A stretch of 59,320 nt of DNA from an uncultured bacterium (GTDB lineage: Bacteria; Fidelibacterota; UBA2242): positions 1 to 59,320 of the forward strand of contig CAZAKB010000001.1 of the NCBI GenBank assembly GCA_964485475.1, in the 5' to 3' direction. The translations under genes and the position numbers were made by a program. Under the pieces are notes generated by a model, which made no database searches, was not told where the DNA came from, and saw only the letters and a list, made by a program, of their open reading frames with translations. Below, one piece after another: positions 26,323-34,669 of the stretch; within the stretch, counting starts at the first letter, position 1, and the number at the start of each line of letters is the position of its first letter.

Positions 26323-27462
26323 ATGGCCTGCATAGAACTGACCCATATCAGCAAACAATTCAGAAAATATTTTGCTCTGGATGATGTCAGTTTTCAGGTG
26401 AATGACAAGGAATTCTTTGTTCTTTTCGGGCCGACTGGCGCAGGAAAAACAACCGTCCTGAAAACAATTGCTGGGATTGAGTCCCCCGATGAAGGGAATG
26501 TTAAAATCGATAATGAAATTGTCAATCTTATCGAACCAGCATATCGTAATGTGTCTATGGTGTTTGAGAATTACGCCCTTTATCCGCATTTTTCGGTTTA
26601 TGATAATATCGCCTCTCCGATGCGCAGCCCTTTACATAAAACCGATGAAGAGACAATTCACAAGGAAGTTCACCGCACTGCAGCGATGTTGAAAATTGAA
26701 CATCTATTGGACCGCTTACCGTCGCAGATTAGTAATGGACAAAAACAACGGGTAGCAATTGGCCGGTGCCTGGTTCGTAAACCAAATGTATTTTTAATGG
26801 ATGAACCACTGGCGCATCTGGATGCCAAACTGAGACATTTTATGCGAGCTGAATTAAAGGAGATGCAGGCAAATTTTGATACTACCACCATTTATGTGAC
26901 GCATGATTATTTGGAAGCCCTGAGCCTTGGCAACAGGATTGCAGTGATTAATCGAGGCCAGATTGAGCAAATCGGCACAGCGAATGAGGTGTATTACACT
27001 CCGGTAAATCAGTTTACTGCCAGACTATTTGGTGAACCGGAAATTAATATTTTTGGGATAGAATTGATCGAATGCGAAAATGGTCCAAAGATCAAAATGT
27101 TGAACAATGAACATTTTTTCGATCTTGAACCGGATGTCGTAAAAGTGCTTTCAGAACAAAACGTTCATGATTTGAACCTGGGAATCCGGGGAACCTGCAT
27201 TTCCTACTCATTTGCCAAAGAAGAAGATAACTTTTTTGATGGAACAGTTTACAGCTTGGAACCAATCGGTAATAAATCGATTCTGATCGTGGATATAGAT
27301 GGTGAACGCATTCGTATCATCGCGCCAAATGATTTACATGCGGAACTAGACTCCCCAATATTTTTAAAATTTGATTTGAAAAAAGCACTGTTTTTTGATC
27401 GAACAAGTGAGGAATTTATTATCCGGCACAATCAGGCACATTATATCGGAGGTTTGATATAA
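26323..27462 (+). CDS. ABC transporter ATP-binding protein, MalK/UgpC-like, with non-consensus Q-loop and signature motifs
   Basis: Walker A is GPTGAGKTT. The Q-loop reads VFENYALYPH, with Glu where Gln is expected. The signature is ISNGQ instead of LSGGQ. Walker B is VFLMDEPLAHLD and the H-loop YVTHD. A C-terminal regulatory (TOBE-like) domain is present. Confidence 0.9.
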   Translation: MACIELTHISKQFRKYFALDDVSFQVNDKEFFVLFGPTGAGKTTVLKTIAGIESPDEGNVKIDNEIVNLIEPAYRNVSMVFENYALYPHFSVYDNIASPMRSPLHKTDEETIHKEVHRTAAMLKIEHLLDRLPSQISNGQKQRVAIGRCLVRKPNVFLMDEPLAHLDAKLRHFMRAELKEMQANFDTTTIYVTHDYLEALSLGNRIAVINRGQIEQIGTANEVYYTPVNQFTARLFGEPEINIFGIELIECENGPKIKMLNNEHFFDLEPDVVKVLSEQNVHDLNLGIRGTCISYSFAKEEDNFFDGTVYSLEPIGNKSILIVDIDGERIRIIAPNDLHAELDSPIFLKFDLKKALFFDRTSEEFIIRHNQAHYIGGLI

Positions 27463-28577
27463 TGGCCAAACTTCTTCTGAAAAAACTTTACAAGCGTTAT
27501 TCCAATAAACATAGCAAATTACAGAATGATTTTGCGGTGAATGATTTTTCGCTGGAGTGTAACGATGGCGAGTTCGTCGGTATTTTGGGACCATCGGGTT
27601 GTGGAAAAACGACTACACTGAGGATGATTGCGGGTCTGGAAGATATTACCGCCGGGGATATTTTTATTGGTAATACTAGAATCAATGATTTGCATCCGAA
27701 AGATCGCCAAATCGGGCTAGCTTTTGAAGATTATGCGTTATATCCGCCACTGAATGTCTATGACAATATCGCTTTTAATTTAAGAGCGAAAAAGGTGAAG
27801 GAGGCCGATATTCTGTCTGAGATTAAGCGTATTGCACCATTACTGAAAGTTGACGATCTGCTGGATAGCCGGCCGGTATCGTTGAGCGGTGGACAGAAAC
27901 AACGGGTAAATATTGCCAGGGCAGTCATACGTAAACCAAAATTACTTTTACTTGATGAACCACTGTCTCATCTCGACGGTAAAATGCGTCAGGTTCTGCG
28001 TACTGAGATCAAGCGGCTGCACAAGGAGATCAACTGTACGACGATTATTGTCACCCATGACCAGCTGGAAGCCATGTCACTGGCAGATCGGATTGCCATT
28101 ATGAAAGATGGTAAGCTGCAACAATACGGGACACCACTGGAGATATACAATTATCCGGTTAATGAATTTGTGGCCGGATTTATTGGTGAACCACCGATGA
28201 ATATAATGACAGTGACAGTTTCGAAGACAGATGGTGTATTCTTTTTCAATTTTTCGGGAACTGATGTCAGCATTCCTGTCCCTACACAGTACTATCCGCA
28301 TGTGCAGGAAGGTGGAACGGTACGGTTTGGGATTCGGCCATCGGACGTATTGATCGGACAGCAAAGTAGCATGGGATCAATGGTCCAGGTAGCGGTTTTC
28401 GAGAATTTGGGAGAAGAGTGTCGAATCAGTATCAGGGTAGGAGATGATTACCTTACTATGACGACTTCAGAAGAAATCCGCTACCGACAAGGTGATGTTA
28501 TTAAACTGGTAGTTAAGTCAGACCGAATCCATCTTTTTAACCCGGTGAGTGGTGATCGATTAGGAGAGAAGATTTGA
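27462..28577 (+). CDS. ABC transporter ATP-binding protein, MalK/UgpC-like, second distinct subunit
   Basis: Walker A is GPSGCGKTT. The Q-loop reads AFEDYALYPP, again Glu for Gln. The signature is the canonical LSGGQKQRV. Walker B is LLLLDEPLSHLD and the H-loop IVTHD. Its start overlaps the upstream stop (TAATG). Confidence 0.9.
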   Translation: MAKLLLKKLYKRYSNKHSKLQNDFAVNDFSLECNDGEFVGILGPSGCGKTTTLRMIAGLEDITAGDIFIGNTRINDLHPKDRQIGLAFEDYALYPPLNVYDNIAFNLRAKKVKEADILSEIKRIAPLLKVDDLLDSRPVSLSGGQKQRVNIARAVIRKPKLLLLDEPLSHLDGKMRQVLRTEIKRLHKEINCTTIIVTHDQLEAMSLADRIAIMKDGKLQQYGTPLEIYNYPVNEFVAGFIGEPPMNIMTVTVSKTDGVFFFNFSGTDVSIPVPTQYYPHVQEGGTVRFGIRPSDVLIGQQSSMGSMVQVAVFENLGEECRISIRVGDDYLTMTTSEEIRYRQGDVIKLVVKSDRIHLFNPVSGDRLGEKI

Positions 28578-30250
28578 TGAGTTCAGAAAAATACAGCATT
28601 GGTGTGGATTTCGGGACCCTATCGGCCCGGGCGGTAATTGTAAATGTCAAGACCGGTGAAGAATTAGCGACGGCTGACAGTAGATACCGGCACGGTGTTC
28701 TGGATAAATTTCTTCCCGATGGAAAAACCATTGTTCCACCAAATTGGGCGCTGCAATATACTGGTGATTACCTGAATGCTATTTCTGAGGTAATTCCGTT
28801 GGTCATAAATAAAGCCGGAATCAGTGCCGATGATGTCATTGGGCTTGGTACTGATTTTACAGGAAGCACGATTGCACCGATTGACGCCGATGGCATTCCT
28901 TTATGTATGAAAGAGGAATTTAAAAACAATCCCCATGCCTATGTTAAATTATGGAAACATCATGGTGCTCAACAAGAGGCACTGGGTATTACCCGAATTG
29001 CAAAAGAGCGCAAGGAATCCTTTTTACAGCGCTACGGTGGCATGATTTCATCGGAAATGATGCTGCCAAAAATCTGGCAGACTCTCAATGAGGCACCGGA
29101 AATCTATCAGGCAGCTGATCGATTTATCGAAATGTGCGATTGGATCACGTTGTACCTGACTGGCAAAGAGCGACGCAGTGCTTGCGCTGCCGGGTACCGG
29201 GCATTATGGGATAAACTGGAGGGTTATCCTTCCGAAAAATTTTTCAGGGCATTAGATCTGCGGTTGGAAAATGTTGTAGATGAGAAACTCGGTCGTGATG
29301 TTTATGCGGTTGGATCAAAAGCCGGAGAATTAACAGCGGCTGCAGCCCGGATTACCGGCCTGAATACAGGGACAGCGATTGCAGTAGGAATTATTGATGC
29401 CCATGCAGGATTGCCGGGAGTCGGAATTACCGAACCCGGAAGACTGGTAATGATTATGGGTACATCAGGATGTGATTTGATTCTTGATGTGGAAAGGAAA
29501 GACGTACCTGGCATTTTCGGTGTCGTTACGGATGGAATCATTCCCGGTTATTTTTCCTATGAAGCGGGACAAACCGGGCTTGGCGATATTTATCAATGGG
29601 CAATTGACAACTGTGTATCTGAGACATATTACAAGGAGGCTGAACGTCGGAATCTCAGTATATTTCAACTTATGAATGATAAAGCCGCCGTATTGGCTCC
29701 CGGTGAATCGGGATTACTCGCACTGGATTGGTGGAATGGTAATCGATCGGTGCTGATGGATTTTGATCTCAGTGGATTGATGGTGGGATACACATTATCC
29801 ACAAAGCCAGAGGAAATATACAGGGCATTATTGGAAGCAACAGCCTTTGGCAAACGGAAAATTATTGAGAATTACCTGGAGTATGGAATTCAAATTAATG
29901 AAATCATTGCTGCCGGTGGAATTCCCGATAGGAACCCATTGTTGATGCAGATTTTTGCGGATGTATTGGAAAAGGAAATTAAAATTACGAATTCTCAGCA
30001 TTCGACTGCCCTTGGCGCAGCGATCCTGGGGGCCGTAGCTGCCGGAGAGGGGTGCGGCGGTTATAGTACAATCCGAGAAGCAGCAAAATCAATGGCAAAA
30101 AATAAGACTAAATCAATCCGGCCAATTCCAGAAAATTCAGTTGTTTATAATAAACTTTATAACGAATACCTGGTTTTACATGATTATTTTAGGCGTGGTG
30201 GGAATGATGTGATGAAACGGATAAGGAAAATCCGGAATGACGTTAAATAG
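28577..30250 (+). CDS. araB: Ribulokinase (FGGY carbohydrate kinase, AraB-type)
   Basis: The N terminus YSIGVDFGTLSARAVIVNVKTGEELA and the C-terminal GGIPDRNPLLMQIFADVLEKEIKI...ALGAAILGAVAAG match AraB of B. subtilis and E. coli. Length is about 557 aa. The ATG overlaps the upstream TGA (TGATG). Confidence 0.8.
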   Translation: MSSEKYSIGVDFGTLSARAVIVNVKTGEELATADSRYRHGVLDKFLPDGKTIVPPNWALQYTGDYLNAISEVIPLVINKAGISADDVIGLGTDFTGSTIAPIDADGIPLCMKEEFKNNPHAYVKLWKHHGAQQEALGITRIAKERKESFLQRYGGMISSEMMLPKIWQTLNEAPEIYQAADRFIEMCDWITLYLTGKERRSACAAGYRALWDKLEGYPSEKFFRALDLRLENVVDEKLGRDVYAVGSKAGELTAAAARITGLNTGTAIAVGIIDAHAGLPGVGITEPGRLVMIMGTSGCDLILDVERKDVPGIFGVVTDGIIPGYFSYEAGQTGLGDIYQWAIDNCVSETYYKEAERRNLSIFQLMNDKAAVLAPGESGLLALDWWNGNRSVLMDFDLSGLMVGYTLSTKPEEIYRALLEATAFGKRKIIENYLEYGIQINEIIAAGGIPDRNPLLMQIFADVLEKEIKITNSQHSTALGAAILGAVAAGEGCGGYSTIREAAKSMAKNKTKSIRPIPENSVVYNKLYNEYLVLHDYFRRGGNDVMKRIRKIRNDVK

Positions 30251-30261
30251 GAAGTATACTC

Positions 30262-31344
30262 ATGGATAATACACTTTCAAGACGTGATTTTTTAAAAATG
30301 ACTGGCACCACGATACTTGGTGTTACACTCTCTGGGAATGTATTGACGAAAGCATTTGCCAGGCCCAGCAGCGTCACTTTTAATCCAGTTCGTTTTGCTG
30401 TCATCGCTGATTTACATCTTGATATCGATGGTGAAAATGGCATGAAAATGAGTGCAGAGAGTGTAGAATGCCTACGTAGAACAGTAATTGACCTGAATGC
30501 TGAAGATGATCTGGCTTTTGTATTAGTACTTGGCGATTTACTTCTCGATGGTGAACTGGAAAACGCCAGAGTTGTGAAGAAATATCTGGATAAATTGAAT
30601 ATGCCATCGTACGTCATTTGTGGTAATCACGATTTTGTACCGCCGGATCCAAAGAAACATCGGGCAGGATTTACCTACCTGACGATTGATGAATTTGTAG
30701 CATTTTTCAGAGGACACGGATATAATAAATCTGGTAGTCGATATTATGCAAAACCAATTGTTCCGGGTTTACGATTGATCGGGCTTGATGCATGCCTACC
30801 TGACAATCCGAATCACTGGGGCGGCATTCTTCCAGATGAGCAGCTACAGTGGCTGGACAAGCAACTGAGTGAATATACCGATGAATTTAACCTGATTTTC
30901 ATGCATCATAATTTTATCCGATGGTCTGAGGATGAACAACCTGGCCGTCCAATGCAGAATTTCTGTATTGATAACGACGTGGAAGTAAAAGACCTACTAT
31001 CAAAACACGCTAACGCCGCACCGGTGGTAATTTCAGGTCACCGGCATATCGGTCTGCGTTCGAAAGAGGAAAATGGAGTGAACTATTTCGTTGTTCCCTC
31101 ACTTAATTCCCATCCCATGCGCTATTCGGTATTTAGTCTGACTCCTCAATCTATTTCATGGAAGACACCGATGGTGACCGCTTTGGAAACCGTTCATTTG
31201 GAAGCCCGGAATAATCTGCTGAAAGCGGACTTTTGGCGCGGCGAACAGTTTAAAGCCCGAGATATGGTCAATGACATGGCGGTCTTAAATTTTTACGAGA
31301 AGCCGGATAGGATTTTTGGTAATATAAAGTTAATTAAAAAATAA
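30262..31344 (+). CDS. Tat-exported calcineurin-like metallophosphoesterase
   Basis: The twin-arginine signal is SRRDFLKMTGTTILG. MPE motifs are IADLHLD, LGDLLLDGE, CGNHD, MHHN and SGHRH. Confidence 0.75.
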   Translation: MDNTLSRRDFLKMTGTTILGVTLSGNVLTKAFARPSSVTFNPVRFAVIADLHLDIDGENGMKMSAESVECLRRTVIDLNAEDDLAFVLVLGDLLLDGELENARVVKKYLDKLNMPSYVICGNHDFVPPDPKKHRAGFTYLTIDEFVAFFRGHGYNKSGSRYYAKPIVPGLRLIGLDACLPDNPNHWGGILPDEQLQWLDKQLSEYTDEFNLIFMHHNFIRWSEDEQPGRPMQNFCIDNDVEVKDLLSKHANAAPVVISGHRHIGLRSKEENGVNYFVVPSLNSHPMRYSVFSLTPQSISWKTPMVTALETVHLEARNNLLKADFWRGEQFKARDMVNDMAVLNFYEKPDRIFGNIKLIKK

Positions 31345-31402
31345 TGTATAATCTTTGATTATCTAGGATTTGTATTTTGAAGATTGTAAAACAGGAAAAA
31401 AG

Positions 31403-33892
31403 ATGAAAAAAACGATTGGTTCTCTGGTGCTGATATTTGAATTAGCCACACTTGTATGTCTCACACTTTCAACCCTTAACGCCAGACCGGCGACGAACGC
31501 CCGTTCTCCGTTTATGCTGGTTTTAATACCGGATACTCAATATTACTCATTGAGAGACCCCGGTACCTATAATGCACAGGCCGAATGGATTGTAGATTAT
31601 CGGCAAATATACAAAATTAAATTTGCGATTCATCTGGGTGATATTACTCATAACAATACTGAAGTGGAATGGCAGGCAGCAAGCGCGGCCCATGATATAT
31701 TGGACAACGCCGGAGTACCATACAGCGTTATTCCTGGCAATCATGATAATGTCGGTCAGGGTAAGACTCGTGATACGAAACGTTATAACCAGTATTTTGG
31801 TCTCGAACGGTTTGATGAACGGGCCTGGTATGGCGGTCATTTTCGGAACACGAATGATAATAACTATTGGTTTTTTGAAGTCGATGATCTGAAGTTCATG
31901 ATTGTCGGTCTGGAGTTTGCCCCAAGCAAGGAGGCTTTGTGTTGGGCGGATTCTCTGTTATTGCACTATCAGGACCGCCGGGTAATAGTAGCAACCCATT
32001 GCTATCAGGCCCATGGCGGTGATCATCAATGTAATTGCGGTACAGCTTATGATATTGTAGGCAGTGGTGGCAATACAACCTGGAATGAATTTGTTCGCCG
32101 GCATAGTAATATATTTTTGGTTGTGTCCGGTCATATTGGTGATTCGGAATTTAATATTCGTACCGGAAACTCTGGAAATACTGTCTATGAAATATTAACG
32201 GACTATCAATTTGAGCAACGTAATAACCAAAGTCATGGCAATGGCTGGCTCCGTACATTGAAATTTTTTCCTGATGAAAATCGAATTGACGTCAAAATAC
32301 TCACTGTACTTGATGAGGTTTATGAGTTCAATCAGGATGATTATCCGAAGTATCCGGGTGATCCGGTCCACACTTACTCAATCGATTATGATATGAGTGG
32401 TCCGGTTGAGGGGAAATATCTTCGGCTTAGTAACAGATTCAACGATATGACGGTACAGGCGGGTGATCGGGGCAATCAGTTTTTGCCTTCAATATCGATG
32501 GCTCCGAATGGTGATTTTGCCGTGGCATGGATGGATAGCAGTGAAAACAGCGCCGGTACCTATCAGGTTCTTACCCGTGGATTCGAACTTTCCGGCCGTC
32601 CCAAATTTCCCGGCATCACGGTGAATTCGCAAATTGGGAGTTCAAATCAAAATCCTGATATTGCAATTGGTTCAGAGGGACAGTTTGTTGTGGTTTGGGA
32701 AAACCATAACGGATATGGCGATTTTGATGTAAAAATGGTTGGTTATAACGCCGATGGAACTGAATATTTTGGTGAGATAACTGTCAATTCTGTATCAACC
32801 GGCAACCAAACTAGTCCTGCGGTTGCAATTGCGGAAGACGGTACGTTTATTGTGGTGTGGGAAGATGATGCAGATAACAACGGAAAATCTGAAATATTAA
32901 TGGCTGGTTTTCATCCTGACGGGTCGAAGCGGGTTAGTGACGCCCAGATAAACACACAATCCGGTGGAAACCAAAACAATCCGGATATCGTGATGAAATC
33001 TGATGGTGACGGCGTAATTGTCTGGGAAAGTGATAATGAAGCCGATGACTTGTTTCAGATAAATGTGGTCGGTATTGACATAAATGGTGCTGAACGATTT
33101 TCTGAAATGACTGTTAATGCAGTTACAAGTGGACAGCACTCCAATCCCTCAGTCGATATGAACGCTGATGGTTCGTTTGTTGTCACCTGGGAAGATGATA
33201 GTGATGGCAATGAGTTCTACGAGATTTATGTTGCCGGTTTTAATAGTAACGGGATTAAACAGTTTGGAAATACAACAGTCAATGCAATTCCCGGTGGCCA
33301 ACAGCTACGATCATCTATTGCAATGTCTGAAATCGGTGACTTTATTGTTACGTTTCAAGATGATAACGATGGCAATGGTTATTATCAAATATTTGCATCT
33401 GAATTTAATGCCGACGGATTACGTAAAACAGAGAGTGATTTTACGGTTAATGAAAATGGTGGTGGGCAGCAGTTTAATCCGGTTATTGCGATGAAGGACA
33501 TCAATAGTTATGTAATTCTCTGGGAAGATGATATGAATAATAATAATTACTATGAAGTTTTGGCCAGAGGATATGACAATGGTGAAACCTACGTGACTGC
33601 CATTTCACAGGCCACAGATGAAATGCCACGGAATTTCGAATTATATCAGAATTATCCTAATCCGTTTAACCCGGAAACAATCATCCGGTACGAAATTCCA
33701 AATGCAACAAATGTGACATTAACGATTTATAATACGGTAGGGCAAATCGTCGAACATCTGGTGAATCAGAAACAGGAGTCGGGGTCTTATTCTGTGAAAT
33801 GGAATGCATCTCATTATAGTACCGGCCTTTATTTCTACCGGATTGTGGCTGGTGATTTTCAACAGGTAAAACAGATGCTGTTGATCAAATAG
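31403..33892 (+). CDS. T9SS-secreted metallophosphoesterase fused to a seven-repeat (propeller-like) module and a type-A CTD
   Basis: ATG at 31403 follows AGGAAA. MPE motifs are LIPDTQYY, HLGDITHNN, PGNHDN and SGHIGD. Seven repeats of about 58-62 aa follow. CTD: [15 protein letters not shown]...GLYFYRI...QMLLIK. Confidence 0.7.
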   Translation: MKKTIGSLVLIFELATLVCLTLSTLNARPATNARSPFMLVLIPDTQYYSLRDPGTYNAQAEWIVDYRQIYKIKFAIHLGDITHNNTEVEWQAASAAHDILDNAGVPYSVIPGNHDNVGQGKTRDTKRYNQYFGLERFDERAWYGGHFRNTNDNNYWFFEVDDLKFMIVGLEFAPSKEALCWADSLLLHYQDRRVIVATHCYQAHGGDHQCNCGTAYDIVGSGGNTTWNEFVRRHSNIFLVVSGHIGDSEFNIRTGNSGNTVYEILTDYQFEQRNNQSHGNGWLRTLKFFPDENRIDVKILTVLDEVYEFNQDDYPKYPGDPVHTYSIDYDMSGPVEGKYLRLSNRFNDMTVQAGDRGNQFLPSISMAPNGDFAVAWMDSSENSAGTYQVLTRGFELSGRPKFPGITVNSQIGSSNQNPDIAIGSEGQFVVVWENHNGYGDFDVKMVGYNADGTEYFGEITVNSVSTGNQTSPAVAIAEDGTFIVVWEDDADNNGKSEILMAGFHPDGSKRVSDAQINTQSGGNQNNPDIVMKSDGDGVIVWESDNEADDLFQINVVGIDINGAERFSEMTVNAVTSGQHSNPSVDMNADGSFVVTWEDDSDGNEFYEIYVAGFNSNGIKQFGNTTVNAIPGGQQLRSSIAMSEIGDFIVTFQDDNDGNGYYQIFASEFNADGLRKTESDFTVNENGGGQQFNPVIAMKDINSYVILWEDDMNNNNYYEVLARGYDNGETYVTAISQATDEMPRNFELYQNYPNPFNPETIIRYEIPNATNVTLTIYNTVGQIVEHLVNQKQESGSYSVKWNASHYSTGLYFYRIVAGDFQQVKQMLLIK
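32430..33590 (+). repeat. Seven tandem protein repeats of about 165 nt each, with consensus [NQ]Q..P.[IV]A....G.F.V.WED....
   Basis: The repeat cores are as follows:
- GNQFLPSISMAPNGDFAVAWMD
- SNQNPDIAIGSEGQFVVVWEN
- GNQTSPAVAIAEDGTFIVVWEDD
- GNQNNPDIVMKSDGDGVIVWESD
- GQHSNPSVDMNADGSFVVTWEDD
- GQQLRSSIAMSEIGDFIVTFQDD
- GQQFNPVIAMKDINSYVILWEDD. Confidence 0.75.
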
Positions 33893-33906
33893 CACCATAT
33901 GGTAGG

Positions 33907-33950
33907 GGGGCAAGTAAGGGCCGGTTTTACCGAATACTGCCCCTTTTATT
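33907..33950 (+). terminator. Rho-independent terminator ending locus A
   Basis: GGGGCA(A)GTA pairs with TACTGCCCC (9 bp, one bulge). TTTTATTTT follows. It lies 15 nt after the stop at 33892. Confidence 0.7.
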
Positions 33951-34419
33951 TTGATTCATTTTAATGGAGTTAGCGTCTGCTCTAAACTTAGATACTCCCA
34001 CGTCATGAATCCCCGTATATGTCGTATACAATATAATTCTAATTCTTAAGTTGACACCATAGTTAATTTTTCATGTAGGGTTAGCAATCTTTTACGCTCC
34101 GTCGTGAAAAACAAAGTGTATCCCGTCCGTATCCGAAAAATTGATCATTATCTTACCATTTTTATATGTAGTGGATAATTATTTCAGTATCTGCTTTGAA
34201 GTACTATAATAGGGAATCGATAAATACAAATTCATGCACGTTGTATATGAATATATTCGATTTTGTGTAATTCTATTGTTTTAATGAACATTTGAAACCA
34301 CGGGATATTATTTGTATTGATCCTGGGAATTTTAAGTCTAGCCTATTGATGAACTGAGTTGCTCGACAAATTTATAATCAACAGATTACTTGAGAATAAA
34401 AAGGTTTTAGGATCAGTTG

Positions 34420-34503
34420 AAAAATACAAGGATACCAGATTATAAAATATAGGTGAAATATTGATTGAAAAATGTTTCGAATAAAATAATCCTTGTATTT
34501 TTT
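34420..34503. repeat. 14-bp inverted repeat with a 55-nt spacer in the long intergenic region
   Basis: AAAAATACAAGGAT (34420-34433) is the exact reverse complement of ATCCTTGTATTTTT (34489-34502). A T-run follows the right arm. Confidence 0.5.
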
Positions 34504-34520
34504 AAAATATCTATTAAATT

Positions 34521-34534
34521 CGAAAACGATTTCG
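34521..34534. promoter_or_regulatory. Candidate LacI-family operator: a CG-centred imperfect palindrome
   Basis: CGAAAACGATTTCG is self-complementary at 12 of 14 positions with a central CG. It lies about 135 nt upstream of the LacI-family gene. Confidence 0.4.
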
Positions 34535-34620
34535 TTATTTTAAAATTAGCAAATGTGTTTTAGCGACGGGAAATGTGAAATTTATTCTTTGTGATCGGCA
34601 TCGGCAAAATGTCTATAGTT

Positions 34621-34660
34621 ACGAAAAATAACGAAATATAACGAAACTTATGCGAAAATG
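34621..34660 (+). repeat. Four helically phased (10-bp period) [AG]CGAAA repeats abutting the LacI start codon
   Basis: The units are ACGAAAAATA, ACGAAATATA, ACGAAACTTA and TGCGAAAATG. They share the CGAAA half-site with the palindrome at 34521-34534. Confidence 0.5.
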
Positions 34661-34669
34661 GAGATATTC

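Noticed and set aside
1297-30250. Interpreting araM-like, araL-like, ABC transporter and araB genes as a complete L-arabinose utilisation operon.
   Set aside because: No araA (isomerase), araD (epimerase) or arabinofuranosidase is present in the window. The neighbours are phosphodiesterases, so I did not make the arabinose call.
30243-30617. A 124-aa S/T-rich - strand ORF overlapping the Tat-signal metallophosphoesterase.
   Set aside because: The + strand ORF carries a twin-arginine signal and all MPE motifs. The antisense translation is low complexity.
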